The notes beneath the pieces are model-generated. The model was not told the DNA's origin, searched no databases, and saw only the letters and a list, made by a program, of their open reading frames with translations. A stretch of DNA of 64,000 bases from Bacteroides sp. (GTDB lineage: Bacteria; Bacteroidota; Bacteroidia; Bacteroidales; Muribaculaceae): positions 23,223 through 87,222 of the forward strand of contig JAAVDM010000019.1 of assembly GCA_014801815.1 (NCBI GenBank), in the 5' to 3' direction. Shown here one piece after another: positions 8,748 through 19,333 of the stretch. Position 1 is the stretch's first letter. Every line of letters begins with the position of its first letter. The translations under genes and the position numbers were made by a program.

Positions 8748-10190
8748 ATGAATAGCCTGAAACATTTCTTAGCCGCCGCCTGTCTGCTGGCCGCCGGCCG
8801 GGCAGGCGCACAGGACGTGGAGCGCTGCCACATCAACGACGTGATGATAGACAAGGGCACCGAGAGCCTGAGCGTCAGCTTCACCATTCACCCCGAGAAG
8901 TACCGTATGGGTCGCAACAGCCTGCTGCGCATCACCCCCGCCATCACGGCGCCGGGCGACACGGCCCGTCTGACACCGCTGACCGTAGTCGGCAAGTACG
9001 CATGGTATCAGGAGATACGCAACGGGGGTGACGACCCGCTGCTGTTCCGCGCCTCGCACGGACAGCCGGCCGAGTACACCAATACCGTCCCCTGGCAGCC
9101 ATGGATGGATAACAGCACCTTCACCCTGCTGGTTGACACACTGAGCTGCTGCGGAGGCGAGCGTCAGAAACCAGGCGAACTGCCTGTGGCCCGTCTTGAC
9201 TGGCGTCCGCGTATGTTCGAGCCCGAATTTGAGTATGTGACCCCGCTCGACACCCTTGAGAAACGCTTCGCTCTCTCGGGACGCGCCAACGTACGCTTCA
9301 TAGTGAACAAGACCGACATAGACTGGAGCTACGCCAACAATCATGTCGAGCTGGACTCGATACTGCGTACCGTGAAGGTGGTGCGCCGCAATCCTGATGC
9401 CGCCGTCGACTCGATTCTGCTGACCGGATACGCCTCGCCCGAGGGTCCGTATGCCAACAACGTGCGTCTTGCACGCGGACGTACGGAGGTCATAAAGGAG
9501 TATGTGCGCAACAACGGCGATTTCCCGGCTTCGGTCTATCATACCGCCTCGGTGCCCGAGGACTGGGAGGGTCTGCGCCGGTGGCTTGCCGACAGCAATC
9601 TGCCCGAACGCGAGGAGATGATACTCTTCATCGACACCGACAGCGGCCCTGTGGAGACAAAGAACGATCGCTTCGCCGCCGCCTTCCCCTCACAGTACCC
9701 CTGGCTCCTGAACAACGTCTATCCCCCCCTGCGTCATACCGATTACCGCATCACATACACCGTGCGCCGCTATTATGAGGTGGAGGAGATAGAACGTGTG
9801 TTCGTCTCCTATCCGGGCAACCTGTCGCTTAACGAGCTGTTTGTGCTTGCCAACAGCTACGGACGCGGCACAAAGAAATTTGACGAGGTGATGAGTACGG
9901 CGGTCCTGCTCTATCCCAACGACCCGGTGGCCAACCTCAATGCCGCCAACGCCAGTATGCAGATCGGAGATCTTGAGCGTGCCGAGCGTCTGCTGACCAA
10001 GGCTGGTGACAGCGCCCAGGCCGAGTATGCCCGCGGCGTGCTGCGCGGACGTCAGCACCGGTATGCCGAGGCCCGCCAATGCTTTGAAAAGGCCGCCCGT
10101 ATGGGCGAAAGCCATGCCGCCGATGCCCTGCGTCTGCTGCAGGAACTCGAAAAACGTACTTCCGTACCGGTGATATTCATAACCCAATGA
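8748..10190 (+). CDS. DUF3868 / OmpA-like domain protein with TPR-like C-terminus
   Basis: GYASPEGPYANNVRLARGR; EDWEGLR; YPPLRHTDY; ANLNAANA TPR-like region. Confidence 0.85.
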   Translation: MNSLKHFLAAACLLAAGRAGAQDVERCHINDVMIDKGTESLSVSFTIHPEKYRMGRNSLLRITPAITAPGDTARLTPLTVVGKYAWYQEIRNGGDDPLLFRASHGQPAEYTNTVPWQPWMDNSTFTLLVDTLSCCGGERQKPGELPVARLDWRPRMFEPEFEYVTPLDTLEKRFALSGRANVRFIVNKTDIDWSYANNHVELDSILRTVKVVRRNPDAAVDSILLTGYASPEGPYANNVRLARGRTEVIKEYVRNNGDFPASVYHTASVPEDWEGLRRWLADSNLPEREEMILFIDTDSGPVETKNDRFAAAFPSQYPWLLNNVYPPLRHTDYRITYTVRRYYEVEEIERVFVSYPGNLSLNELFVLANSYGRGTKKFDEVMSTAVLLYPNDPVANLNAANASMQIGDLERAERLLTKAGDSAQAEYARGVLRGRQHRYAEARQCFEKAARMGESHAADALRLLQELEKRTSVPVIFITQ

Positions 10191-10262
10191 CTTGCCCGTC
10201 CGGTAATTACTCCCAACGTATATTACAATCAAATCAAATACTTAACATCAAATTATTGAATT

Positions 10263-12371
10263 ATGGTGCATTATAACAAATGGCTCATAGGTCTGCTTGG
10301 CGCCGCCATGCTTACAGCCTGTAGCGATGATGTCGTAGATACCGTAGACAAAAACCATGTGGTTTCATCCGAGAGTGATGGCGATGGTGTATTTATGGCA
10401 ATCAATATCAAAATGCCGACTGCTACAGGTACCCGTAGCTTTACAAATGGCGATAACTCCAGCAACAGTGGCGAAGAGGTAGGCAAGGACTTTGAGAACA
10501 ACGTTCGCACAGTATATCTTGTACTCGCCAGAAAGACCGATGACGAAGCGACCAACAACACTTTCATCGCATGGGGTGAGATTCCGACCAACAAGATTAT
10601 TCCCTCCACAACAGGTGCCGACTATACCACAACAGCTAAGTTCTCCAAGACAGATATCAGTCAGTACTACGAGAGTCTGAAAGATGAGGACAGTCGTGAC
10701 GTCAATGTATTTGTCTTCTGTAATCCTACCCTGAACCTCCGCAGCGTACTGCAGGCTCAGGAGTCGGCACGTAACAACTCATGGGTTAACTCCGCAGGTA
10801 TATTTGATGCGGCCGAATCCACAGCGGAAATCATCTGGAGTGAAAACGATTTCCTGATGACAAATGCTTCTATCGCTACCCGTACTTTACCTCAGACCAT
10901 CGATGACTGGAACTACTTTACCGTAGAAACCAATCCTTTTGATCTCTCAGGTAAAAATAGTCAGGTAAACATTGACAACAGTACCGAAAGGTCACGTGGT
11001 GCTGTTCGTGTAGAGCGTGCTGCCGCCCGTTTCGACTTCCGCGATGCTTCTCCTGATTTCAACGGCAAAGATGGCAACAACATTTATCAAGTAATGTTCG
11101 ATACCAGCACGGCCTCTGAAGAAAAACCCAATGGTGACAGTTACCTAAATATCGAACTCACCAAGATGAGCTTCGTCAATATGGCAAAGAGTTACTACTA
11201 CCTCCGCCGTGTGAGCGAAGCCACTCCTATCGGCACTCCCGTAAACCTTAACAATACAATCCTCTGTGGTGCCGAGCTTCCTTGGTTTACAGATGCTACG
11301 GGCACACAAGCTGAAAAGCCCGGTAACTATGTGATCGGAGTTTATGCCAGCAAGATGCTTACCGGTATCACCAATGATTTCAGTACCTATTTCAATTATC
11401 CTGTTTTCACTGAAGAGGGTGAGATTGAGCACGATATTTTTGAAAGCTGGTACACGACAGTTATCAATGATCTACTCAAGAATCCTACCGATAACAACAA
11501 CAGCTATCACATCTGGCGCTATTCGACCGAGAACTCAATTCCAGGAGTAGAGCTTCAGAAGAACGGCCAGACAACCGGTGTGGTATTCAAAGGTAAAATG
11601 ATAGCTCCTGCCTACGCTGCCGATAGCGATGATGAAAACCTTAAAGAACTCGCCAAGATTATCAATAACGCAGACAAAAGTCTGACAGGTGATCCCAGCG
11701 CAGATCCTACTCTCTACCTCTTCGCAGGACAACTTTACGCCACATGGCCTAATGTGGAACAGGCAGCTAAAGAAGCCGCAATCACTCCGGTATGGGTGGC
11801 TGACAACAACGATGCTACTGGCGGTCACTGGACTCTCGAAATCAATCGCGGTAATACGTTCTTCCATGCTGTCTTTGGTGACGGAGGTTGTGGAAGCTAT
11901 ATATTCCGTGATAGTGAGGGTAAGGAATACAAAGTTGACGATCCTCTGGAGATAAGCGAAACTGCACCCAATTATCTTTGGTACAAATGGGTAGAGGCCG
12001 GACGTCCTGATATTGAGCATGCTGTTACACTTGACTTCAAGAAAGCCGCTACTGAAAATAACTTCACTCTCTACCAGACCAGCATTGACACAACCACCGG
12101 GCCTGGCTACTATTGCTACTATTACTACTGGAACCGTCACAACGATAACGGACGTAACGGTATAATGGGTCCTATGGAGTTCTGTGTGATACGTAATAAC
12201 GTCTATAAGCTGTCTGTATCAAAGATCAGTCAGCTCGGTCACCCGCGTCATTCGACCAATGACCCGAATCCTCCGACACCTGAGACTGATGATGAAATTG
12301 ATGACATTTACCTCACTGTCGATGTTGATGTACTGCCCTGGGTGGTTCGTGTGAACGAAATCGAATTCTAA
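10263..12371 (+). CDS. Mfa1-like major type V pilin lipoprotein
   Basis: Lipobox LTAC; GTR|S site; VERAAARFDF; YYCYYYYWNRHND; RNNVYKLSV; PWVVRVNEIEF. Confidence 0.9.
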   Translation: MVHYNKWLIGLLGAAMLTACSDDVVDTVDKNHVVSSESDGDGVFMAINIKMPTATGTRSFTNGDNSSNSGEEVGKDFENNVRTVYLVLARKTDDEATNNTFIAWGEIPTNKIIPSTTGADYTTTAKFSKTDISQYYESLKDEDSRDVNVFVFCNPTLNLRSVLQAQESARNNSWVNSAGIFDAAESTAEIIWSENDFLMTNASIATRTLPQTIDDWNYFTVETNPFDLSGKNSQVNIDNSTERSRGAVRVERAAARFDFRDASPDFNGKDGNNIYQVMFDTSTASEEKPNGDSYLNIELTKMSFVNMAKSYYYLRRVSEATPIGTPVNLNNTILCGAELPWFTDATGTQAEKPGNYVIGVYASKMLTGITNDFSTYFNYPVFTEEGEIEHDIFESWYTTVINDLLKNPTDNNNSYHIWRYSTENSIPGVELQKNGQTTGVVFKGKMIAPAYAADSDDENLKELAKIINNADKSLTGDPSADPTLYLFAGQLYATWPNVEQAAKEAAITPVWVADNNDATGGHWTLEINRGNTFFHAVFGDGGCGSYIFRDSEGKEYKVDDPLEISETAPNYLWYKWVEAGRPDIEHAVTLDFKKAATENNFTLYQTSIDTTTGPGYYCYYYYWNRHNDNGRNGIMGPMEFCVIRNNVYKLSVSKISQLGHPRHSTNDPNPPTPETDDEIDDIYLTVDVDVLPWVVRVNEIEF

Positions 12372-12514
12372 ATTCTTCTGACCCGACCAGAAGTGCCGGC
12401 TGTGCCCGGCACGGGTTACGACCCGGCAGCCGACCGCAAGCAGACACTATAAATACTGAGGTGCGGGAGCCCTCGCGGACTTCCGCATCACCAAACTACA
12501 AACTTACATCAGAA

Positions 12515-13534
12515 ATGACAACTTATAAGACAACAGCTATGTGGCGTCTGCTCACGGCAGTAGTCATTGCGGCGGCTTCGCTGCTGGCGTTGCCGTCATG
12601 CGAGAGTCTGTATGAAGATCTGGATCCATGTCCGCAGGGTCTCCGCGTACGCTTCGTCTATGATTACAACATGGAGTTCGCCAACGCTTTCCCCTCACAG
12701 GTAGATTGTCTGACAGTGTTCCTCTACGATGAAGAGGGGCGCTGGCTGGCCACACGTACCGATGCTATCCCCAAACAGCTCGCCGATGAGAACTGGCGTA
12801 TGGATTTCGATCTTGAGCCGGGCCGTTACACCCTGTTAGTATACGGCGGTATGCAGTGTAAGGATTCATCATTCAGTTTTACTTCCGATCCCGCCGAAAT
12901 ACCGTTGCGCGATGTCCGTGTACGTCTTGACAGCGATTGCCTCACTTCGCCGGTGGGCACACAGCTGCACCCGCTTTTCTACGGCCGTCTCGATGCCGAG
13001 GTCAAGGAGGGCGGTACGGACTACAACGATGTCACAGTCAAGATGATGAAAGACACCAACAATCTCCGCGTGCTGCTTCAGCAGACAACGGGTGAGAAAA
13101 TCAACGAAGCGGACTTCGACTTCTGTGTAGTTGACAATAACACTCTTATGGGCTGGGACAACGACGTGCTCCCATCGCCTACTGTAAACTACCTTCCCTG
13201 GGCACGTGGCGATGCTTCGCCGGGCCAGCTTCCCGACTACTCGGAGGCGAGCGTGGCATGGGCCGAGATGAGCTTCCCGCGTCTCGTCACCGGTCTGCAG
13301 CCGCGTCTGATTGTCACCAACCGGCTCAACGGTGAAACCACCATCGACATACCACTCAACAATTATCTGCTTCTTCTCAAGAGCGAGGCATATTCCAAAA
13401 TGGGTTCGCAGGAATTTCTCGACCGCGAAAGCCGCTGGAACATGCTCTTCTTTCTTGACGGTAATATGCGATGGATAAAGACAACGATAGTGATCAACGA
13501 CTGGATCGTACGCATCAACGATATTGAGTCATGA
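12515..13534 (+). CDS. Mfa2/FimB-family pilus anchor lipoprotein
   Basis: Lipobox LPSC; RFVYDYNMEFANAFPSQVD; INDWIVRIN. Start moved to ATG 12515. Confidence 0.9.
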   Translation: MTTYKTTAMWRLLTAVVIAAASLLALPSCESLYEDLDPCPQGLRVRFVYDYNMEFANAFPSQVDCLTVFLYDEEGRWLATRTDAIPKQLADENWRMDFDLEPGRYTLLVYGGMQCKDSSFSFTSDPAEIPLRDVRVRLDSDCLTSPVGTQLHPLFYGRLDAEVKEGGTDYNDVTVKMMKDTNNLRVLLQQTTGEKINEADFDFCVVDNNTLMGWDNDVLPSPTVNYLPWARGDASPGQLPDYSEASVAWAEMSFPRLVTGLQPRLIVTNRLNGETTIDIPLNNYLLLLKSEAYSKMGSQEFLDRESRWNMLFFLDGNMRWIKTTIVINDWIVRINDIES

Positions 13535-15888
13535 AGCGAACGTTACTTTATACATTTCTGTTGTCTGCCGCCGTGTGCCTCCTTGCCGTCTGCTGCTCAT
13601 CGGAAAATCCCGTCATCGACCCTGAGCCGGAGGATACCGATGTGATGCTGTGCCTCAATATCAGTGTCAGCAATACTGCCGAGATATACCGCCCGGGCAC
13701 ACGTGCCACCAATCCTGCCAACAGTAACTACACCTTCGAGGCGCCGGCGTACGTGTACGAGCGTATGAACACGCTGCGTGTAATAATAGTGCGTCCCGAC
13801 AATACCGTTGAGTACAATCGCCTGGAGACGTTGCCGGCTACGGAAGGCACAACCGATTTCGAGCAACTGCTCTTCAAAGTAGCTACCGATCAGGGAGTCA
13901 TAGATGAGAACAAGCCGGATATACGTGTGGAGAAAAAACGTATCTATCTTATAGCCAACGAGGTCTCTCTGCCCTCTGAGGAGACACGTAAATTTTTTGT
14001 CGATCTTACTAAAGGAAGCAGATTCAATATCACTGAGGTGGAAGATATGATTGTCAGCAGACCGTGGGCCACCGGTGCCATACCTTTTATTGACAACAGT
14101 GGCGAGGGTTCGAAGAAGTTTATACCCATGACGGAGTTTTTCGACATCAGTGTAGCCTATGACGTTGCCAAAGGCAACGCAGGCAGCCCCACTCAGTACG
14201 AATCACTATTCGTCACACGTATTCCTGTAAAATTCGAGTTCTCGGTAAATGGCAATGCCTCGGCGTTTGCGCCAAACGAGTCTGTGCGTATCACAGCCAT
14301 ACGTTTCCAGAATGTGATGGAAAAGGAGTATCTCTTTCCTAAAGATGCCAAATACTCCCCGACAAAATATGAAGACATCGAAAAGAGAGCTCAGGAACTT
14401 ACGGGTCGTATAATCACTTCATTCAAGACACCCGGTCGCAGTGACAATCAGATTAAACCTATCGAATTCCGGCCTGAATCTTTCGGTTTTGGATATGGAT
14501 GCAATGAAGACTATGCTCCTCAAATGTATTACTGCGAAAGTGAGAACTATGAAGGTGATGCAGAAGGCAACACAACATATTTCGTAAGTGTGGATGCAGC
14601 ATTCGTGACTGACGAAGGTACGGAAGAAATAGAAACTTTCAGTCATGTTGCGCTTCCCAATCTTCCTGCTCTGCCGCGCAATACTGTCGTTAAGATAAAT
14701 TTCACTTTTAAGAACCGTGATTTACTTTGCGATGTGACTCTTTTTCCATACACAGCCGTCAATCTGAATCCCACCTTCGGATTCGGTGTGCCGGTTGAAT
14801 CGGTTCATATAAGTATAAAAACTACAGGATCCTATGAAGAAGTATCGGAGGCAGAGACTGCAGTGGGACAAACTGTTTCCTTGGTGGGGTATGTACTTCC
14901 GACTGATGCCAATAATCAGGATATTGAGTGGACCTCAAGCGATACCAATATTGCTACTGTCTCGAATAAGGGAGAAGTGACAGGAGTAAGTGCAGGAACA
15001 GCTACAATAACTGCGACATCTGTTGATAATCCTGATATTAAAGCTACCTGTGAGGTAACAGTCAATCCGAAAATTCCGGTTACATCCCTCACTATGACAC
15101 CGAGTACATGGGTAGGCAATATAGGAGAGGCTGTCAATTTAGTAACCTCAATAGAACCTGAGGATGCCACTAATAAAAACATCCAATGGTCTTCAAGCGA
15201 TCCCAGTGTGGCTTCTGTATCGTCTTACGGTACTTTGACGGCTATAAATGAAGGAACCGCTACGATAACCGCTACTTCTGTTGATGATCCTGATATAAAA
15301 GCTACCTGTGAGGTAACAGTCAATCCAAGAGTTATGGTCACTTCCCTCACCATGTCACCGACAGATATGACACTCATTGAAGGAGGTCAATCCAGCTTGA
15401 CAGTTACGGTACGGCCACAAAATGCTACCGATCAGGCTCTTGAATGGAGCTCAAGCGCTCCAGCTATTGCCACTGTGTCATCTTACGGTTTGGTAACGGC
15501 TGTAAGCTCAGGAACAGCTATAATAACAGCTAAGTCAAAAGATGGATCTGATAAATCTGCTACTTGCAAGGTAACGGTCAATGCGAAAAGAGCGGTTACG
15601 TCCGTTACCCTATCACAGTCTACATGGACCACAAATGCAAATACAGAAAGTCCACCACAACGAACCTTGACGGTTACCTTAGCACCGATAAACGCTACTT
15701 ATAGAAATCTTAGGTGGACTTCAAGTAATCCTTATGTAGCCACTGTTTCTGGTTATAGTACGACTAATGCTAATACCGGTAAAACTACTGGCACCGTGAC
15801 TGCTGTAAATAAAGGAACCGCTATTATAACCGTGACATCTGTTGATGATCCTACTAAATCTGCTAGTTGCACGGTAATAGTAAATTAG
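13531..15888 (+). CDS. Type V tip pilin lipoprotein with four C-terminal Ig-like (Big_2) repeats
   Basis: Lipobox with Cys; GTR|A site; LPRNTVVKINF pilin motif; four repeats of PxxAtxxxxxWxSSxxxxAtVs...GxvTav..GTAxITxxSxD...aTCxVtV. Confidence 0.85.
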   Translation: MKRTLLYTFLLSAAVCLLAVCCSSENPVIDPEPEDTDVMLCLNISVSNTAEIYRPGTRATNPANSNYTFEAPAYVYERMNTLRVIIVRPDNTVEYNRLETLPATEGTTDFEQLLFKVATDQGVIDENKPDIRVEKKRIYLIANEVSLPSEETRKFFVDLTKGSRFNITEVEDMIVSRPWATGAIPFIDNSGEGSKKFIPMTEFFDISVAYDVAKGNAGSPTQYESLFVTRIPVKFEFSVNGNASAFAPNESVRITAIRFQNVMEKEYLFPKDAKYSPTKYEDIEKRAQELTGRIITSFKTPGRSDNQIKPIEFRPESFGFGYGCNEDYAPQMYYCESENYEGDAEGNTTYFVSVDAAFVTDEGTEEIETFSHVALPNLPALPRNTVVKINFTFKNRDLLCDVTLFPYTAVNLNPTFGFGVPVESVHISIKTTGSYEEVSEAETAVGQTVSLVGYVLPTDANNQDIEWTSSDTNIATVSNKGEVTGVSAGTATITATSVDNPDIKATCEVTVNPKIPVTSLTMTPSTWVGNIGEAVNLVTSIEPEDATNKNIQWSSSDPSVASVSSYGTLTAINEGTATITATSVDDPDIKATCEVTVNPRVMVTSLTMSPTDMTLIEGGQSSLTVTVRPQNATDQALEWSSSAPAIATVSSYGLVTAVSSGTAIITAKSKDGSDKSATCKVTVNAKRAVTSVTLSQSTWTTNANTESPPQRTLTVTLAPINATYRNLRWTSSNPYVATVSGYSTTNANTGKTTGTVTAVNKGTAIITVTSVDDPTKSASCTVIVN

Positions 15889-15987
15889 ATGCTTAATGTA
15901 GACTTATGACAACGGGATTTAGAAATTGATATAGTTTTATAACAAATAATTATAAATAAGATTGTACTCTGACAATCTTTCAAATAT

Positions 15988-18900
15988 ATGCAAACGATTA
16001 TAATGAAATTTATATACGTCATGACAGTCATTTTTTCTCTGATGATTTGTTCATGTGCTGATGATTTCACTTATTATAATGGAGAAATCCCTGAAGGAGA
16101 AGGTAATTTGACGGCCACAGTGACTTTCACGCCTACTGTGGCTGCAAATCTTTATAGCACACGTACGGCTGGTAATGTCATTCAGGATATTAACTCATTG
16201 TGTGTGCTGGTATATACCACAGATGGCAAACTGGTACGGAAATATAATCAAGGTGATTTAACCGGTTATACTACGGGAAAATATACGGTCAAAGATGAAG
16301 ATCATCTTGATGGTAATGAGGCGCATACCGACGAGATGACTACTGCCACAGCCTCATTCGCTCTATCCGATTTGCCTTATGGAAGATACAAGATTTATGC
16401 AGTCGCCAACATGGACGATCTGAATAAATATGATACTGAGATTCAGACTGAGGAGGGTCTAAGGAATATTAAACTTAACTGGGACAGTGAAAATATTGCT
16501 GCCAACAACCAGATGTTTGGATATTTTACCCCTGAGAGTGCGAAGAGTGCCAAAGGATTTGATGCTCCGGCATTGGCATTTACTCCCGACAATTCAAGTT
16601 TTCATGCTTGGCTCAACCGTGTCGTATCCAAAGTTACCATAGCATTTGATGCAAGTGGTCTGAATCAGGATGTAACAATATATATAAGGAATGTTACTAT
16701 TCGTGATATTCCAGAGTCTTGTGTACTCGGTAATACAAACACACCGAAAAGTGACTCCGAGCTTCTTAATCATTTGTCAACTCCTTATTCAGAACCTGAC
16801 TATACCCACGAATCATCGGCAATCGCTAACACAAGGTTTGAATATAATAGCGAAGGCATTATTGAAAATCCGGATGAACAGACAGGACCGGAAAAGACAG
16901 ACGGATATAAATTACAGAACCAGCTTCGCCAGCCGGTTCCGGAAGATGCACATGCCGTAAATGCAGCCTCACTATTCTTTTTTGAGAATAATCAGGGTGA
17001 TTTCGATAACCAGACGAAATATGATAAACGGCAGCAGACAAGTGATGAGACTGATGGAGTCGGAACACCTATCCGCGATAAAGAAACAGATGCTGATGGT
17101 AATATAACAAACGATTTTAAAGATAAAGTGCCGTACGGCACTTACATTGAAGTAGAGGCTTACTATATTTCTGCAAATCCGGGAAGAATAGGGGAAGGCT
17201 CCATTAAATATCGTTTTATGTTGGGTAAGAATATTACTTATAACTATAATGCCCAGCGTAATTATCATTTTAAACTCACATTGGGCTTCAACGGGTGGGC
17301 TAACCAACCAGACTGGCATATAGATTATGAGCAGCCGGAACCCGGCATTGAGGTTCAGCCGGAATTCCGTGTCTCTTATTTGTATAATCAGAAAAGTGAA
17401 CTTCCAATCAGGATACTGGAAGGTTCCAATTATACTATAGAAAGTATTAATGTGGAAATTGTGGAAAATAACTGGGCCCCATACGATCCTGAGACAAGAG
17501 GAGTACCACCTGCAGAGACTGATATAACCCCCAATCCTACATACGCTTTTAAATGGAATAAAGCAGCATACGAAAGCGCGCCGTATATGATTAATGGCCA
17601 GCAAGTACCGTATTACGGATTCCTTGCGCTTCATCATCCTCTACAAAGCCAGGACTCAGAAGTTATTACTGCTGATTTTAGTTTATCTTCAAACAAAGCA
17701 TTGGAAGCTTATTATCTCACTATGCACGAAGGTGATAGATCCTTTAGTGGAGATACTGAATTATCGATAGGTGATCATTCAGGTCCAAGTGAAGATGACG
17801 CTTATACAGTAACACCTGTCTTAGATGAGAAGGGAGACGTGATGGAACATCAGAAAACTCTGATGGTGCCGGTATGGACTCGTGCTAAAACTTTAATACG
17901 AGGTTCCGGTTTCTCCGGTAATAATCCATACGAGGGTTATGAGAGAAAAGCAAAGCTTAAAATAACAGCAACATTTAGACGTACTGATGGTACTCCTTAT
18001 GAGCCGGAGCCGGAATACGTAGATGTTTATCAGGTTAAGAGGTTGGTAAATCCCAAAGGTGTATGGCGAGCTGCTGACAGGAATGAGGTATTTCATGTAA
18101 CTTTATTGGAGGCAGAAAGTGGTAATGATATGGCTGATTTCCGACCATTTACCTCGGAAGGAGAATGGGAAGCATTTATTGAAGGCCAGACTAATGAAAC
18201 TGCCGGATTTTATATTACTCAGAATAGTGAAACTGTGGGTTATCAAGATGAGGAGGGGATAATTCATGGTTACACAGGTTCTGAAATTCACTTTGATATT
18301 AATTTTGATAAGGTAACAGTATCTGCTACCGAACCTGAATGTGCCATTGTAAAAGTACTTTACCATGGCAATCAATGTCTGCATAAGATTCTGATTCGTA
18401 AAGGTTACGATCAACCTGTTGAAATGGGTGGAAACAAATGGAGTTCTTTCTCTCTTTATCAGGCTACTTACATAGATGGAGCAGATGGTACAGCGGACCG
18501 TTATAATGCTGTACTAACGAAGAATCCGCTCATGTTAGGCTCGATGTTCCGTCGTGGACGCCAAAGCAGAGGTATATTTGTAGTTAATAATATAGCAGAA
18601 GATGGAGGAGTAGGACCATTTGAGGCTCCAGGTGATTATCAATTCCTTGTTGGACGCAAGGATAATGATGGTAATTGGTTAAGGCAGACATGGGATGATA
18701 TAGGATATAGGGATGATCGTAATACCTCAAATACCTTAGGTACTTTTTATGAAGGTAATTACACCTATAGAGTCCCAACCTATGCGGACTTTCGGAATCT
18801 GACAACGGATGCAGAATTCGGTTTTGGTGTTGTTTACGGTAGTTCTGCAACAGCACCTGCAAGGACTGCTGCAGATGCATACGGCCTAATTGACCCTTAT

Positions 18901-19302
18901 AATGAAGGACTTTTTGATGACCCAAGAGGAATGCGTGGTGTGATTGCATACAAAAAAGATACGGGTAATCAGATATTCTTCCCAATGGGGAAATACGGTA
19001 CCGGTAGACGTAACAACTTTATTATGACCGGTGCTAATGCAGGTGTATTAAGATATGGTGACGTCGATTATCTTTTAGAGATTGGACTCGGTAATAATTT
19101 ATACCGTCCTATCCCATATAATTTGATGGTACAGTCAGGAAATATATATTGGATTGATAAATATACTTCTGTCGAAGAGGCCCCTGAGCTCTCTAATGCC
19201 TGTCTTGGTTGGGATATAAATTACTTTAACTTTGATTTCAATCCTTATCCTACTAATAACTATAGGGATGCCTGTCCGATTAAATTTATTATTGTCGATT
19301 AA
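15988..19302 (+). CDS. Large type V tip/minor pilin lipoprotein (DUF4906-like N-terminal part, putative C-terminal adhesin domain)
   Basis: Lipobox ICSC; STR|T site; IYAVAN; TYIEVEAYY...YRFMLG...RNYHFKLTL. Start may be 16003. Confidence 0.8.
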   Translation: MQTIIMKFIYVMTVIFSLMICSCADDFTYYNGEIPEGEGNLTATVTFTPTVAANLYSTRTAGNVIQDINSLCVLVYTTDGKLVRKYNQGDLTGYTTGKYTVKDEDHLDGNEAHTDEMTTATASFALSDLPYGRYKIYAVANMDDLNKYDTEIQTEEGLRNIKLNWDSENIAANNQMFGYFTPESAKSAKGFDAPALAFTPDNSSFHAWLNRVVSKVTIAFDASGLNQDVTIYIRNVTIRDIPESCVLGNTNTPKSDSELLNHLSTPYSEPDYTHESSAIANTRFEYNSEGIIENPDEQTGPEKTDGYKLQNQLRQPVPEDAHAVNAASLFFFENNQGDFDNQTKYDKRQQTSDETDGVGTPIRDKETDADGNITNDFKDKVPYGTYIEVEAYYISANPGRIGEGSIKYRFMLGKNITYNYNAQRNYHFKLTLGFNGWANQPDWHIDYEQPEPGIEVQPEFRVSYLYNQKSELPIRILEGSNYTIESINVEIVENNWAPYDPETRGVPPAETDITPNPTYAFKWNKAAYESAPYMINGQQVPYYGFLALHHPLQSQDSEVITADFSLSSNKALEAYYLTMHEGDRSFSGDTELSIGDHSGPSEDDAYTVTPVLDEKGDVMEHQKTLMVPVWTRAKTLIRGSGFSGNNPYEGYERKAKLKITATFRRTDGTPYEPEPEYVDVYQVKRLVNPKGVWRAADRNEVFHVTLLEAESGNDMADFRPFTSEGEWEAFIEGQTNETAGFYITQNSETVGYQDEEGIIHGYTGSEIHFDINFDKVTVSATEPECAIVKVLYHGNQCLHKILIRKGYDQPVEMGGNKWSSFSLYQATYIDGADGTADRYNAVLTKNPLMLGSMFRRGRQSRGIFVVNNIAEDGGVGPFEAPGDYQFLVGRKDNDGNWLRQTWDDIGYRDDRNTSNTLGTFYEGNYTYRVPTYADFRNLTTDAEFGFGVVYGSSATAPARTAADAYGLIDPYNEGLFDDPRGMRGVIAYKKDTGNQIFFPMGKYGTGRRNNFIMTGANAGVLRYGDVDYLLEIGLGNNLYRPIPYNLMVQSGNIYWIDKYTSVEEAPELSNACLGWDINYFNFDFNPYPTNNYRDACPIKFIIVD

Positions 19303-19333
19303 ATTTATCCATTCATCCTTTAACAGTAATTTA

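Noticed and set aside
14880-15880. Periodic DNA repeats as a CRISPR array or DGR template
   Set aside because: They are in-frame coding Ig-like domains with about 258-bp period; no cas or RT gene is present.
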